A stretch of DNA of 64,000 bases from Lepidodermella squamata (GCA_047495785.1 JBLDXI010000001.1:2232001-2296000), one strand, 5' to 3'. Shown: positions 12,426 through 26,309, counted from the stretch's first letter. The notes: generated by a model not told the origin, from the sequence alone. Made by a program: numbers and translations.

Positions 12426-12626
12426 AAAATACAAAAATTCTCAAGACTGAAAACAATTCAAATTTACCGAGGCACATTTCGATACAAATTCGTACTCGAG
12501 AAAAATTGGTTAGCAGTTGGTTGGAATTCAGATGGTAGAATTGTTGTATGATATTTTCATATTCTCCAAATTCTTTCTTATTTTATTGCAAAGTTCATAA
12601 CGCCAAAAGTCTTAAAAGAACAGTCT

Positions 12627-13624
12627 TTATAAGTCAGCGGAATTATGGGCGATTGCATGCATTTTCATATGCCTTGACAGGTTGGCTGGACGGTTATAAC
12701 TTCTAGGGCACAATTTGCATTCCCGCTTGACATTTTCATGCTTAGACAATTCATGAGCCTTAACGTTGCTACAAGAGGTGAATAATTTTCCACAAGTCAA
12801 GCACGGAAATCGCACGTGCTGATGCACTCGCTTGTCGTGGTCAGACAAGGAACTTTGATTTCGGAACGTCATCGAGCATTTCATGCACTCGTGGTCTCGA
12901 TGATGTACATCTCTTACATGCTTCTTATAGCCTCCCGTTGAGGTGTAAATCTTTCGGCAATATTCACATTCATGGAAAGGCGTAGGGCGATGTTGTAGAT
13001 TCATGTGCTTCGAGAGGTATACTGGGCATAGGCACTTGACTTGGCAGACGGGGCAAATCCAATTATCTTCCTTAGATTGACCTATAAACCTTCCATCGAA
13101 TTCATCTGAGCATTTGAATATGACGTAGTCGATAATAAAACTCACAACAGGCAACTCATCTCATGCTTGCGTAATCCCGATGGCGAGAAAAACGCTTTTG
13201 GACAAGCGGTACAGTTGAACATGGGTGAATCGTCGTGCAAATGCATGTGATCTCGCAGATTTTTTGCCGAATGAAGCATCCTATCGCAAATGGGGCACGT
13301 GCGACCGCGAAGCGTGGGGTCCTCGTGCGAATCGCTCTTCTTTTTCAATGCGGAAACACCAGCCGATTGCTTTTGAGATTGATGCTTCCGCTTTTCGTGC
13401 TTCTGCAGATCACCTGGATGGCGGAATATGCTCGGACAACTCGAGCAAGCAAAGCGAGGAGGCCCCGACTCATGGACAACCATGTGCATTTTCAAAGTGT
13501 ACAGCCTTGTGAAAGATTTGCCGCAAATCGTGCAAGTGTTAAAGGAATCAGATTCCATGGTTAGGGATAATCCAGAATTGCATTTTTCGATTTTAGGTAT
13601 CAGCTGATCGAATGCTGGTTTCAT
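12627..13624 (-). CDS. 4+5-finger C2H2 gene, splice join uncertain
   Basis: Close paralog of 9212-10161; the in-frame donor has become GCCTGT. Confidence 0.8.
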
Positions 13625-14008
13625 TATGAGCAACAAATAATATCAACTATGGGATGGCAAAGTACAATTTGGTGATAAAGGCTAATTGAGTCAGCCCATC
13701 CGTGAATACCGCAGAATGAGACACAAAGAGTACATTTGTGAACATGCCTGCGCAAACACCCAACCAATGACCGTCTCCGAATCAAAAGCCGCGATTTTGC
13801 ATTTTGCATTTGCTTCGTATGTATAATTAGAGCACTGCTTCTAATTTTACAATGCAAATCGCACGATTTCTAATTTAGCGTTGTTTCACTTAGAACGTGT
13901 GCGGTTTTCTAATTAGCGAATTAGAACACGCACGTTTATTTATTGCGCGTAATTACACATTCATAAAACAGCAACGCATTTTTACGCACAGCAATCATTT
14001 GATTTCTA

Positions 14009-14420
14009 TTACACACACAAAACGCTTTCAATAACCGAGGCGATAGCCGAGGATACCAAAGGCGAGCGCAGCGATGCCATTAAAATAGAACGAGGCGAAG
14101 CCGAGTCTAGTAGTGAAAGGCGAGTGAAGCGAACCGGGATGAGACGTTGAAACGAGTCGAAGCAAGAGTGGAACGAGGCACAGCGGTCAGCAGATCGGAA
14201 GTGTAGACGATATAGAGCAGCTGTGACTAAGGAAGCCCGCAACACGAGCCAGCAAGTTGCGATCGCAAAGGAAATCGGCCAGCCACCCAACGAGGTTTCG
14301 AGGAAGCAGCAGTTTAGCAAGCTTGAACGCCAGGCCAGCAATCCACACGGAATCGTAAGCCGCCTGGACGTCCAGACGAACAGCTATCACTTTTCGGTGT
14401 CGAGAGCGGGCAAGATGATT
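14009..14420 (-). mobile_element. Non-LTR reverse transcriptase fragment
   Basis: VIAVRLDVQAAYDSVWIAGLAFKL..WLADFLCDR matches the LINE RT motif LDxxxAFDxVWHxGLxxKL..WIxxFLxxR. Confidence 0.85.
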
Positions 14421-14486
14421 CTCCAATATCTTTCTCATTTTATTGCCAAGTTCTCATCAGAATGCCATGTAATAAAAGTTCAGTAT

Positions 14487-15501
14487 TTACAGGCCAGCGC
14501 AATCATCGGCGATTGCATGCATTTTCATATGCCTCTTCAGGGCGCCAGGACATCCATAACTGCTAGGGCACAATTTGCATTTCCACTTGAAATGTTCATG
14601 CTTCGACAGCTCATGAACCTTAGCGTTGCTACTCGAGATGAATGATTTGCCACAAGTCCAACACGGATATCGCACAGATCGATGAACTCGCATGTCGTGA
14701 ACAGACAAGGAATTTCGATTTCGGTAAGTAATTGAGCATTTCATGCATTCGTGGTATCCGCTATGCGCCCCTCTTACATGCTTCTTATAGCTTCCCATTG
14801 AGGTGTAAATCTTGCGGCAGGATTCACAATGTTGGAAAGGCGTAGGGCGATGATATAGATTCAAGTGCTTCAAGAGGTATATTGAACAAAGACATCTGAC
14901 ATGGCAGACGGGGCAAATCCAGTCATCTTCCTTAGATTGACCTATAAACCTTCCATCGAATTCATCTGAGCATTAGAAAATGACGTAGTCGATAATAAAA
15001 CTCACAACGGGCAACGCTTCTCATGATTGCGCAATGCTGATAGCGTAAAAAACGCTTGTCGACACGAGGTGCAGTTGAAAATGGGTGAATCGTCGTGCAA
15101 ATGCAAGTGTGCTCGCAGAATCTTTGCCGAATAAAGCACTCTATGGCAAATTTGGCATGTGCGACTGCCAAGCGTGGGGTCCTCGAGTGAATCACTCTTC
15201 TTTTTTAATTCTGAGATTGATTTCTTCTCTTGAATTCTCTTGAATTCTTTTTGAGATTGATGCTTCTTCTTTTCATGCTGCTGCAGATCACCTCGATGGC
15301 GGAATATGCTCGGACAACTCGAGCAAGCAAACCGAGGAGGTCCCGACTCATGGACAACCATATGCATTTTCAAACTGTTTAGCCTTTCGAAAGATTTGCT
15401 GCAAATCGAGCAACGTTTCCAGAATCAGATTCCATTGTTTCGGCTTTTCCCGACTTGCATTTTTCGATTTTAGGTATCAACTGATCAAATGATGGTTTCA
15501 T
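14487..15501 (-). pseudogene. 4+5-finger gene with a frameshift before finger 1
   Basis: 1-nt deletion near 15415 relative to the 10161 and 13624 paralogs; in-frame donor mutated to GCCCGT. Confidence 0.75.
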
Positions 15502-15619
15502 TTCGAGCAAACAATAATAATCAACTAAACCACGGGAAATGGCAAGGTAAAATTTGGCAATAGCCGTTAATAATTTAAGCACCTCGAACCTCGATGTTCT
15601 TGATATATCATTTATAACT

Positions 15620-15865
15620 TGAACCCCACCAGTACGAGGCTTTTCAACCCAAATCAGATAAGAACCGAAGCGAAGCAGTTGACCTCGCATGTTTAAAGCC
15701 TGGGCTGCATGCCTGGCTGCAACAGTTCGCAGGTAAGAAGGACGTTGTCAGCCAGCTCGGCTTGTGAACGACGCCAACCCCTTCCCTTCCAGTCCCGATC
15801 AATTTCCTACGCGGCCTGCCGAGTACACGGGATCATATCTGTCGGGAACGACTGACGACTGATTT
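15620..15865 (-). mobile_element. Possible non-LTR ORF1 fragment
   Basis: GC-rich insert; AAQALNMRGQLLRFGSYLIWVEKP resembles the pre-knuckle region of ORF1. Confidence 0.35.
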
Positions 15866-15943
15866 TCGTTTGAACTAAAAAAGAACCTAGGAGAGTGCAC
15901 AAACCAAGCCGATCGTGACCATAACATAATTAATGATCGATTT

Positions 15944-16914
15944 TTACGATTTAATTTTGTGCATATTCATATGCCTCCTCAGACTGCCGGGAAAGTAGTA
16001 TATTTTAGGACACAATTTACATTTCCACTTGACATTTTCATGCATCGACATTTCATGAACTTTAGCTTTAAAACTCGAGGCGAATGCTTTTCCGCAAGTC
16101 AAGCAAGGAAATTGAAAAGCTTGATGCACTCGGATGTCGTGGTAATACAAGGCAGATCGAGTTTGGAAAGTAATAGAGCATTTCATGCATTCTCGGCCAC
16201 CAAGATGCGTGCATGTTACATGCATCTTATGACATTCCGTTGAGGTGAATATCTTTCGGCAGTATTTACAATGCTGGAAAGGCGTGGGACGATGATTACG
16301 ATTCATGTGCCGAGAGAAAGATCTTGAGCTAAGACAATGGGCTTGGCAGACGGGACAAATCCTGGCATGATCCACAGATTGACTTCGACCACTTCCAGCG
16401 ATTTTACCTAAGAATTTCCCAGTTATGCAGCGATGTGAACATATCATAACTCACATCTCTTCTTATGGTAGTGAATCGCCCATGGCGTACTGAAAGCCGT
16501 GGCACACAAGGCGCATTTGAACTTGGGCAAATCATCATGAAAATGCATGAGATTTCGTTTATTGGCGGGTGAAATAAATACCCTAGCGCAAAATGGGCAC
16601 GTACGCCTGTCCAGGGAGGGATTCTGGTTCGAATCACCCTTCTTCCCTAATACCAATGAATTAAGCTCATGATGCTTCAGGTCCCGGTGCCGGTTCAGAT
16701 CGCTTTGATAGCGAAATTTCTTCGGACAGCTTGAGCAAGCGAAACGAGGAGGTCCCGTGTCGTGAACAGCCATATGCCGCCTCATGATGTACTTGTTTGT
16801 CAAGGGCAGGCTGCAAATCGGGCAGATGTTATCGCGAACAGGCTTCAAAGAAGAAGCTATCCCAGAACTGCGCGCTTCGATTTCAGGTATTAAATAATCA
16901 AGCGATGATTTCAT
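15944..16914 (-). CDS. 9-finger C2H2 gene (4+5), two exons
   Basis: Clean 47-nt phase-1 intron T|GTGAGT..TTCTTAG|GT rebuilds HKKRCKIAG. Confidence 0.88.
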
Positions 16915-17132
16915 GATCAGGCAAAAATTAAACAACTAAGCGACAGGAAAACCATGGATTTAGTAATAACCGCTTCCTTGAGCCAATTTCCTTGAGCAAA
17001 ATAATCCAGCCGGCCGCGTAGTTCGATAATTTTTTTCATTAGCCTCTCGAGATTTCAATACTTCAACACATAGTGTACGTACCTTAACTGAAGACGAATG
17101 ACTTGCCCCAAGCCATCCGTCAAGAATGGAGA

Positions 17133-18158
17133 TCACACAGCTTGATGTACTTGCTTGTAGTGGTCATACAAATCCTTTCTACTTGGGAAGTTCAAAGAGC
17201 ATACAATGCATTTATGGTCATGGCGATGCGCGCGTCGTAAATGCCTCTTCCACGTTACCAAAGAGGAGAATATTTCCAAGCAACATTCACACTGCCGTGA
17301 AATCGTGGGTCGATGATAACAAGACATATGATCGTTGTGGGATTTTGAGTTACGAAATTGGATCTGGCAGACAGGGCATTTGATCGAATTTCTTTCGTCC
17401 GCTTGAGCTGATACCAGGTGTATGGATAAAAATATTTTGAGAATCAATCACACACGAAAGGACACGAATACTTACATTTATAATCCTCAATATTTATACC
17501 GAGTAGGCCTGGAAAACTATCAGGATATATTTCGATAAAGCAATTTAAGCATAAAAACTCACATCGCCTCTGATGATGGCCAAGTCCCGATGACGAGGCG
17601 AAATGCATCGAACATCGTGCGCATTTGAAGGTGACAGGCTCAGATTGACAGCCACCAATGATACTGCAAAATACTTTACCTGGAAAAATCCCATGGTTTA
17701 CCAATGTTAAAGGTGAAACATAATGAATTAATACGTTTTTTATGTCGGCGGACACCACTCAACGTATAGAAAGCCTTTGCACAGGAGGTGCATTTGAACT
17801 TGGGTAAATCGTGCAAACTCATGTGTCCTCGCAGACGATACTCTGAACCCAACACCTTGGCGCAAATTTGGCAGGTGCGGCTGTCAAGCGAGGGGTCCTG
17901 GGCAAATCCACTTTGAAATCGATGCTTCTTTTCGTGCTGCTGCAGGCCGCGCTTATGGCGGAATTTTCGAGGACAGCTCGAGCAAGCGAAACGAGGGGGC
18001 CCTGGGTCGTGCACAACCATATGCTTCTTCATGAACTTTTTATTAAACGACACGCTGCAAATCGGACAAACGATCTTGGAAACAGACTTTAATGTCGCTG
18101 TTGCATTAGAATCGCTTATTCCGAGTTCAGGTATGAATTGTTCAAACGGTTGTTTCAT
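17133..18158 (-). CDS. About 8-finger C2H2 gene, three exons, decayed 3' end
   Basis: ORFs 17676-18179, 17444-17758 and 17133-17447 carry 4+1+3 fingers; degenerate finger sequence follows the stop. Confidence 0.7.
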
Positions 18159-19407
18159 TATCCGCCGAATGATAAACACCTAACCGACAGGGTGAATAAG
18201 AACTAAAATAGCCGATCCAAGCAACGAGAAGCAATTAATTTGCTCGCCGGTCAGACATGACCTTTGAGAGACTATTCTGAAGAAATAATGTGCTTGAGCA
18301 CGAGCGCTGTCGATTGCAGCTCTTCATGTAGAATTCAGGATGGCGGCATCTGCGGAAGGCTGCAATGGCATTCTTTTTTCAGGAATAACAGAGAGTAAAG
18401 GTGATGCTAAATTTATTTGAAGCACGGAAAGTAGGTTAGGCTGCGAGGCCCGAAGATGAAAGCTGAGAACTGAAAAGTTCCAACCGCGAGTAGTGCAAAA
18501 CCAATTAAATGTTAACTCGAGTTTCTATTGATAGCTTTTTCCAATCATTCATCCGCACTTTACTCAATTTCTATGAAGATTTCTATGAAGCCATAAGATT
18601 TCCGGCAGGGTCTGTTTTCGAGCACTAAGAGGAAAACCAGCCAGCGTTCTACCAAATGCGATTTTTACTTGCTGCGGAAGAGATATCCGCAAGCCGTAAA
18701 GGCGTTGACAGGCAAACAAGGAAGTCGCCAGAAAAATTCCGCCATCTGTTATGCATCGAGTCTTCTACATTATCATGCCGACGAATGGCCAGAAAATCAG
18801 CGGGAGAGTTTCCAAATCCGTTTAATTAAATACACCTATCATGTAATAAGAGCGAGAGAAGTAGCTTCAAAATGATCATTTGTCCCTTTGAAGGCTTGAT
18901 GTTAGATAATACAGTCATCAATGGAAAACGACCGGATATCTCAAAACCATCACATCGCGAGATAACTATCGTAATAGAAGAACTAGTCAAAGCATGGGGC
19001 GCGTAGATCTCGATTAAGGCTTTGGTTCGGAAATTTTAGATTAGGAAATACTCCTAGAATAGGGAAAAATGAAAAATTCAAAAATTACGAGATCAGATCG
19101 ATGAATTGATCGTAACTATTACCTGCCCATTTCAGACAAACTACAATTTCGAATTAACCATTAATTCAATTGAGTGTTTTTAGGAAATTTCATAAATGCC
19201 TTTACAGACTGCCGTACTGCCCGAAATGTTGGGCCTGTCCTCTACTTTTTCAGACCGAATTGAAACTCCGTCTTATGTTTGAGACCACCCTTTAGTTGAG
19301 GCATGACCTTAATTATTTCGATCCTCTTCCCTTTTCGAACTTTTCGACCTTTTTCGACTCATCACACGTCGTTATTCAACGCTTTCTGTCACCTCTGAAT
19401 CGGCCAT

Positions 19408-19607
19408 ATATCGCGACTTCCGCGCCAGAACAGTGTGCCGGAAATAGAAACCAATGGCGTAATGCATTTGATGCGCAGAAAAAACTGGCGTTCAACTTTT
19501 TTTCCAGCGATCAGGCACGCGACTGACTTGGCGAAGATGCAAAAAGTTAGTTTTACGCCATTTGTTTCTATTTCCGGCACACTGTTCTGGCGCGGAAGTC
19601 GCGATAT
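19408..19607. mobile_element. MITE-like foldback element
   Basis: 55-bp inverted arms 19408-19462 and 19553-19607 with 1 mismatch, 90-bp spacer, TA at both ends. Confidence 0.8.
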
Positions 19608-19774
19608 TTCAATGCCAGACCATTATTAGACCTTTATTATTTCGAATGACTTGTATATGAGGGCTGACTAACTTTTCGGGAAGTAGAGTAAGTGTATTTC
19701 CACTTGGCGTGATAATTCAATGACAATTACAAGCACGTGAACCTTGTATTTTTTACTAGAATCAAATGGACCCT

Positions 19775-20938
19775 TCAGTTACAAGCGTTTAATTTACACT
19801 GCTGTTTGTCGGAATTTTCTACCGTGAGAGAAATGTATTTTAGACTTGGGACGGCGGAAGAGCATTTCCTGCTATTCGACGATGCACAAAGGGCTTCATG
19901 TCTCTCCCAGCTTCTCTTTGAGGAGCAAATTTTCAGGCAGTATTCGCATTGCTGGGAAGGCGAAGGCCGATGATAATATATCATGTGCTGTGAGAGGTAA
20001 CGTGAGCAACGAAATCGGACGTAGCAGACCGAACAAATTATTGCGTCAGTCTTGGATTCAGGACGTTCAACACTGCACTTGCTTTTGCGTGAGAAAATTC
20101 GATGCCTTTCTCGTAAATGTTTCCTACGGTTTCTCATCGAGGTGGAAATGGTTCGGCAATATTCACATTGTTGGAAAGGTGTCGGACGGTGATATCGATC
20201 CAGGTGCTGGTAGAGGTAAGCTGAGCAACGAAATCGGCTGTTGCATACAGGGCAAATCCTTGCATTTTCCTCTTTTGAGTGCACAGATTGGCTGTGTGTC
20301 GCTAGATCTGTTTTATTAGAAAATGCTTTCCCGCATACCTTACAAAAGAGGTCCGATTGATAACTTGGCGCCTTATCTTGATGACCTTCATTGCCAGTAG
20401 GGGTTCTGCCTAAACAATTTACAAATTATGCATCAGTAACTTATAAACATCAACACTAACAAGATCTACGGTGACTGCGCATTAGCGACGGCCTGAAAAA
20501 AGCCTTCGAACAGGAGGCGCATTTGAACATGGGTGATTCGTCATGCAAATGCATGTGATCTCGCAGATATGAAGCTGATACGAAAATCCCTTGGCAAATT
20601 GGGCACGTGCGGCTGTCAGTCGACGAGTCCAGATTTAAACATCTCCTCCTTCCGATTTCGGCTACATCAGTAAATTCATTTTGAAATCGATGCTTTTTCT
20701 TTTTGTGCCGCTGCAGATCGTGTTTATAGCGGAATTTTTTGGGACAGCTCGAGCAAGGGAAACGTCCAGGTCCAGAGTCGTGTACAACCATATGCGTCTT
20801 CAAATTGAACAACTTTTTAAACGGCGCGTTACAAATCGGACAATAGTTATTAGGAAGAAATTCCAAGGTAGACGCCACTTCAGAACTGCTCATTTCGATT
20901 TCTGTAATTATATTAACAAGTTCGACCGATGGTTTCAT
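19775..20938 (-). CDS. About 9-finger C2H2 gene, two exons
   Basis: 51-nt intron 20410-20460, T|GTTAGT..TTTAG|GC; finger pair duplicated within exon 2. Confidence 0.85.
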
Positions 20939-21194
20939 TAAATTTCATTAAATTTTCATTAAATAAATTTCCAACTGAACGACAGGGACTGTCGGCATAT
21001 CAACAAATGATCGCAATGCCTCATCAAATATTTCCTAATTTGCTTCTATCCAATTATGACATAGGGAAAAATTGTTTAACGAATATCAACATCATCTTCA
21101 GAAAAGTCATAAACGCATGAAGTCGCATCATAGGTATCTGCTAATGGCTGTAGCAAGAAAGAAACAAAGAAGAAGAGGAAAGAAAACCCGATTT

Positions 21195-21690
21195 TGCTGT
21201 CTTCAAGGCTCGGCAGGGTCTCGACGCTGTTTACGTCGCAAAAGGGGGGAAGGCCTGCCCGGCAACTCGCTCGTCTGCGGCCGCCGCTCGGACAACGTCG
21301 TCAACTCCGACCACTATACCGTCCACCTTGTCATTCTTCTGTCGATGCTAACCGCCTTCTAGACCGCGATGAATTAGCTTTTGAGGCCTTTCGAGGCTCA
21401 GCATCCCGTGTCCACAGTCCCGGCCAGCCTGCTCTTCGGGCTACCAAGTCTAGGCAAATTAAAAAGGACAGCTGCTAGATAATTACTGCCCCTCTGCCTG
21501 GGCCTACACCAACTTTAAAAGCACCTAAAGAACGTCGAGGAAGTCCGGAATATACAAATCCGCGTTGTTGCTCTCCTCTCCGCCTCGTCACTCGAGTGTG
21601 TGGCGCGGCTGACGAAGTTCCCGCCATTCAGTTCCTACTATGTCCCTTCGAGGCCTACCGAATACTCTATACACAGGATCACAGCTGCCA
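21195..21690 (+). mobile_element. Internally deleted LINE ORF2 remnant (APE end plus C-terminal Cys domain)
   Basis: LDAVYV..NSDHYTV (APE SDH motif), then LCLGLHQL*KHL..PRC..CGAADE..LLCP. Confidence 0.65.
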
Positions 21691-21814
21691 GCTGATGACA
21701 ATAATCCTATAAGAGAAAACAATAATTCAAATAAAATTCAAATACTAAGAAGAAGTTGGATACATTTTTCACAATCGGAAAATAGGCTTGCAGTTGGCTA
21801 GTCAGCCGAGGATT

Positions 21815-22560
21815 TATGCATTTTTTTCCATGTGCCTTTTTAGATTGATAGAATAATTAAAAATAGTAGGGCACATTGTGCATTTCCACTTGGCATTCTC
21901 ATGTGTCGCCAGCTCGTGAAATTTAGCGTTGGCACTTAGGAATTTAGTCGTCGGTATGTCGACGAGCATTTCAAGCATTCATAGCATTCTCCGCGAATCT
22001 CTTCTCTAACATGCTGCTTATAGCATTCCACTGAGGTGAAAATCTTTCGGCAGTATTCACATAGAAAAAAGGGCGTAGGGCGGTGACATCGATTCATGTG
22101 CCGCGAGAGGAACATTGAGCAACGGTATTGGACGCGGCAGACAGGGCAAATTCTGTCATATTTCTCAGATTGACCTCGAGCATTTTCAGCGATTATACCT
22201 AAGAATTCAAAAATGCTGTAGTTGAAATTAAATAAACTCGAAACTCACAATGCTTCTCGTGGTTGCGAATTCCCCATGGCGTGAAAAATACCTTTGGACA
22301 CACGGCGCATTTGAACATGGGCGAATCGTCATGCAAATGCATGTGATCGCGCAGAAACCTTACTGAATGAAGCACCTTAGCGCAAATTTGGCATGTTCGG
22401 GTGCCAAGCGATGGGTCCTCAATCGAATCTCTCTTCTTTCTCAATTCTGAAACACCGGCCGATTCATTTCGAAACTTATGCTTTTTCATTTCGCGCAACT
22501 GCAGACCGTCTTGCAGCATTTGCTCGGACAGCTAGAGCAAGCGAAACCAGGGGTTTCCGT
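21815..22560 (-). pseudogene. Deleted and frameshifted multi-finger gene
   Basis: CQIC/CAVC fingers in 22199-22519 plus broken exon-2 fingers; 5' part missing. Confidence 0.75.
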
Positions 22561-22762
22561 TTCCAGATAAGGACATTATCCTAGAATAGCGGGAATAAAA
22601 CGAAACATTCAGCCCATCGTGGATTCAAAACCAACAAAGAATAACGCTAAATTGCAGCAGTAAGCCAATCAACAATTTCAACTCATCGCGTCTGGAAATA
22701 TCGGACTATTCCGCCAGACAGCCATTTCGACAAATGAAAGACTAACCATCAATCAAATTCCG

Positions 22763-23809
22763 TTAAAGTTCGTGTGATCTCATATGACGTTTCAGGCTGG
22801 ACAAGTAGCTGAAAATTTTAGGGCACACTTTACATCTCCATTTGGCATTTTCATGCTTCGCCAGCTCGTGGGCCTTGGCGCGGTAAATCGCGGTGAAAGA
22901 TTTGCCACAGACCAAGCATGAAATTCCGGCTGCTTGACGAATTCGCATTTCGAGCAAATACCGAGAATTCGGCGTCTGGACGGTCGAAGATCCCTTGTGT
23001 TTCCTCGATGAACAAATATGATTCTTCCAGCTTTTCGTCGAGGCGCAAATCGTCAGGCAGTATTCGCATTGTTGGGAAGGCGTGGGGCGATGATATCGAT
23101 TCAAGTGCTCGGAGAGGTAAGCTATGCGACGAAATCGGACGTGGCAGACAGGGCAAATCCTTGCATCCTCCTTTTCAGAGTGGGCTGATCGGCTGAGTGT
23201 AGAACGATCTTCATTGGCAGAGTACTTTTTCCCACATATCGTAGAAACTACGTCAGATTGATAATTGGACGATTCCTTTCGAAAACATTCCATACCAAGG
23301 GCGATTCTACCTAGAATTTTACAAAGGATTCAGTGGCAATGTATAACGTATAACTATCAAGACTAACAACATTTCTGGTGTTTGCGCAATCCCGATGGCG
23401 TGAAAAATGCTTCTGGACACGAGGCGCATGGGAACATGGGTAAATCGTCGTGCAAATGCACGTGTTCTCGTTGATATGAAGTTGATTCGAAGACCTTATC
23501 GCAAATTGGGCAGGTGCGGCTGCCAAGCGATGAGTCCTTGGCAAGTTCGCCTTTTATTGGATGCTTACTCTTTTCGTGCCGCCGCAGACCGCGTTTATGG
23601 CGGAATTTCCTAAAACAATTCAAGCAAGCAAAACGAGGGGGTCTCGAGTCGTGCACAGCCGTACGCCTATTCATACTCGACAAATTGTTAAAGGGTGGAG
23701 TGCAAATCGGGATAACGTTCTTGAGAGCAGATTCCAAGGTAGACGCTACTTCAGAATTGCACATTTCGATTTCAGGAATTACTTGAAGATGATCGAGCGA
23801 TGGTTTCAC
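22763..23809 (-). CDS. Multi-finger gene with GTG at the paralogous start and some degenerate fingers
   Basis: GTG AAA CCA TCG; finger 1 has lost a Cys and a His; T|GTTAGT intron. Confidence 0.7.
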
Positions 23810-24109
23810 AATTGGATAAGTATTGTCCAGCGGAACGACAGGAATTGTCTGCGTATTGTCGGCCCTTACGGAAATAACAAATGTTTGCTTCTATTAATTG
23901 TATGATCTACGGAAATTGCATAATCATATTAGTATTATTTGATATGCCTTTCTAGAGACTCGGTGCATTTCCAATTGGCACGTTCATTCATCGACAATTG
24001 CCAGCTCGTGAACTTAGCTCTGCTTATATATAATAAGCTCTTCTTACTCGAGTCAAATGGACGAATAGGTACAAGTATATGGAACCACAGTGTTCGATAC
24101 AGTCTTCCA

Positions 24110-25459
24110 TCATGGGGACAGAGTATTTGGACTAAGGACGGCCAAAGAGCTTTTCCTGAGAATGCTTTTCAACGCTGTACAATTCGTTTTATGTTTCCTC
24201 CAGCTTCCAGTTGAAGTGCAAATCTTCAGGCAGTATTCACATTGTTGGGAAGGCGTAGGACGATGATATCGTTCCATGTGCCCAGAGAGGTAAGCTAAGC
24301 AACGAAATCGGACGCGGCAGACAGGGCAAATTAGTGCGCCATCCTTCGATTCAAGACCTTCGACACTGCACTTGCTTTCACGTGAGGAAATGCGATGCAT
24401 ATCTAGTAAATGTCTCTTATAGCGTGCCATCGAGTTGCAAATGGTTCGGCAATATTCACATTGTTGAAAAGGTGCTGGGCGATGATATCGATCCAGGTGC
24501 TCTGGGAGGTAAGCTGAGCAACGAAATCGGCTGTTGCATACAGGGCAAATCCTTGCATTTTCCTCCTCCGAGTGTACAGATTGGCTGTGTGTCGCAAGAT
24601 CTGTTTTAGTAGAAAAACCTTTCCTGCATACCTTACAATTAACTACCGATTGATAACTTGGCGCCTTGTTTCGATTACATTCATTGCCAGGAGTGATTCC
24701 GCCTAAACAATTTATAAACGATGCAGCGGTAGCTTAGAAATATCAAGACTAACAAGATCTCCGATGATTGCGCAATGCCGGTGACGTGAAAAAAGCCTTT
24801 TCACACAAGGAGCATTTGAACATGGGTGAATCGTCATGCAAATGCATGTGTTCTCGCCGATAGTAAGCTGAATCGAAAATCCCGTGGCAGATTGGGCACG
24901 TGCGGCTTTCAAGCGACGAATCCACATATAACCATTTCTTCTTCCGTACTTCAGATACATCGTGTGGAAATCGATGCTTGCTCCTTTCGTGTCGCAGCCG
25001 ACCACGTTTATAGCGGAATTTTCTGGGACAGCTCGAGCAAGGGAAACGTTCAGGTCCAATGCCGTGGACAACCATATGCGTCTTCAAATGTAACCGCTTT
25101 TTGAACCTGGAGTTGCAAATCGGACAAACGATATTGCAAGCAGATTTCAGTGAGACTGTTGCTCTAGAATCGCTGATTTTGTGTTCAGGTTTCAATTCAT
25201 TTTGCGGTGGATGCTTAATCTTCTCATGCCGCTGAAGACCGTATTCATGGAAGAATCTGCTCGGACAGCTCGAGCAAGCGAAAAGAGGGGGTCCATAGTA
25301 GTGCACTGTCATATGCCGACTCAAATTGCAAGGGCTTTTGAACGGCACTTTGCAAATCGGACAAACGTTATTGGGAAGAGATTCCAAGGCAGGAGCTACA
25401 TGTCGGTTGTCAATGTCGATTCCAGGTGCTGCATCGTGCTGAACGACCGATGATTTCAT
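24110..25459 (-). CDS. About 11-finger C2H2 gene (6+5), two exons
   Basis: ATG 25459 (MKSSV); three finger pairs in exon 1; decayed fingers at 23940-24100 beyond the stop. Confidence 0.82.
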
Positions 25460-25664
25460 TATTGGGTTAGAAATTTCCAGCTGAACGACAGGGACTGTCA
25501 GCATATCAAATAATGATCACAATGCTTTTCAAAACTTTCTAAATTTGCTTCTCGTTAATTTTTTACTATTACGGAAAATTTGTTATAACGAATACCAGGT
25601 ATCACAGGTAAAAAATCGGGATCAAGATCCTTAAAATGCTGAGGTCATTTTCTATTTCAAGATA

Positions 25665-26118
25665 TTACTGCCGCGAGTTGTGTTTAGCAATGTGCCGCGG
25701 TAGGTTGCGCCGATGACGTTCAACATGTGGGCAATGAGGGCACTTGAACGTCGGCGGGCTAGGATCGTGAATAACCATGTGATTTTTCAGGGTAAAAGTA
25801 TTTTTCAGTTGCATCCCACAGATATGACACGTGTTCGCCGGCCGAACGTCGAATTGATAACCTTCGCCTCTGTCCACAGTTTTCTTGGCTACTTTCGCAA
25901 CAAGTTTGTCACGGATAGTGAGTAATTTCCGAAGCGATTCATCAATTTCTCGAAGGTTCGCAGTCACTTGTTTTTGTTTGCAGATATTCGACACCTCTGA
26001 TTAAATCAAACTAAGACAGCCATCTAAGAAAATAGCCGCGAGGCATACCTTCCAAACTGCTCAACGAGTTCCTTATCAGATTTTCAGCTTGAGATAAAAG
26101 CGCGTCTGAGTCCGCCAT
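25665..26118 (-). CDS. Helical/YQF/two-finger protein, two exons
   Basis: MADSDALL..LE G|GTATGC..CAG|AG join; GYQFDVRPANTCHIC..HDPSPPTFKCPHC. Confidence 0.82.
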
Positions 26119-26309
26119 TTTTATCAGCCTAAACCCGAAACAGGCTCAAGATTAATTTATACAATACTCGGATTTTTTGGAATTTCGATGCGTAACGCTT
26201 CCGGGAAGAACAATCAACGCAGCGGTAAATCAAAATAAACGAGGTTTATTTCGGAAAAATCGGAAAATTCTGAAAAAGTAACTAGAGAGAAAGAGAGAGA
26301 GAGTACGAA

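Noticed and set aside
9700-16447. Overlapping stop/start ORF pairs (9700/9703, 16444/16447) as translational coupling or programmed frameshifting
   Set aside because: Explained by short GT-AG introns that restore the frame
18905-19295. Mariner-like terminus GAGACCACCCTTTA with MITE-like interior
   Set aside because: No matching opposite terminus found in the window
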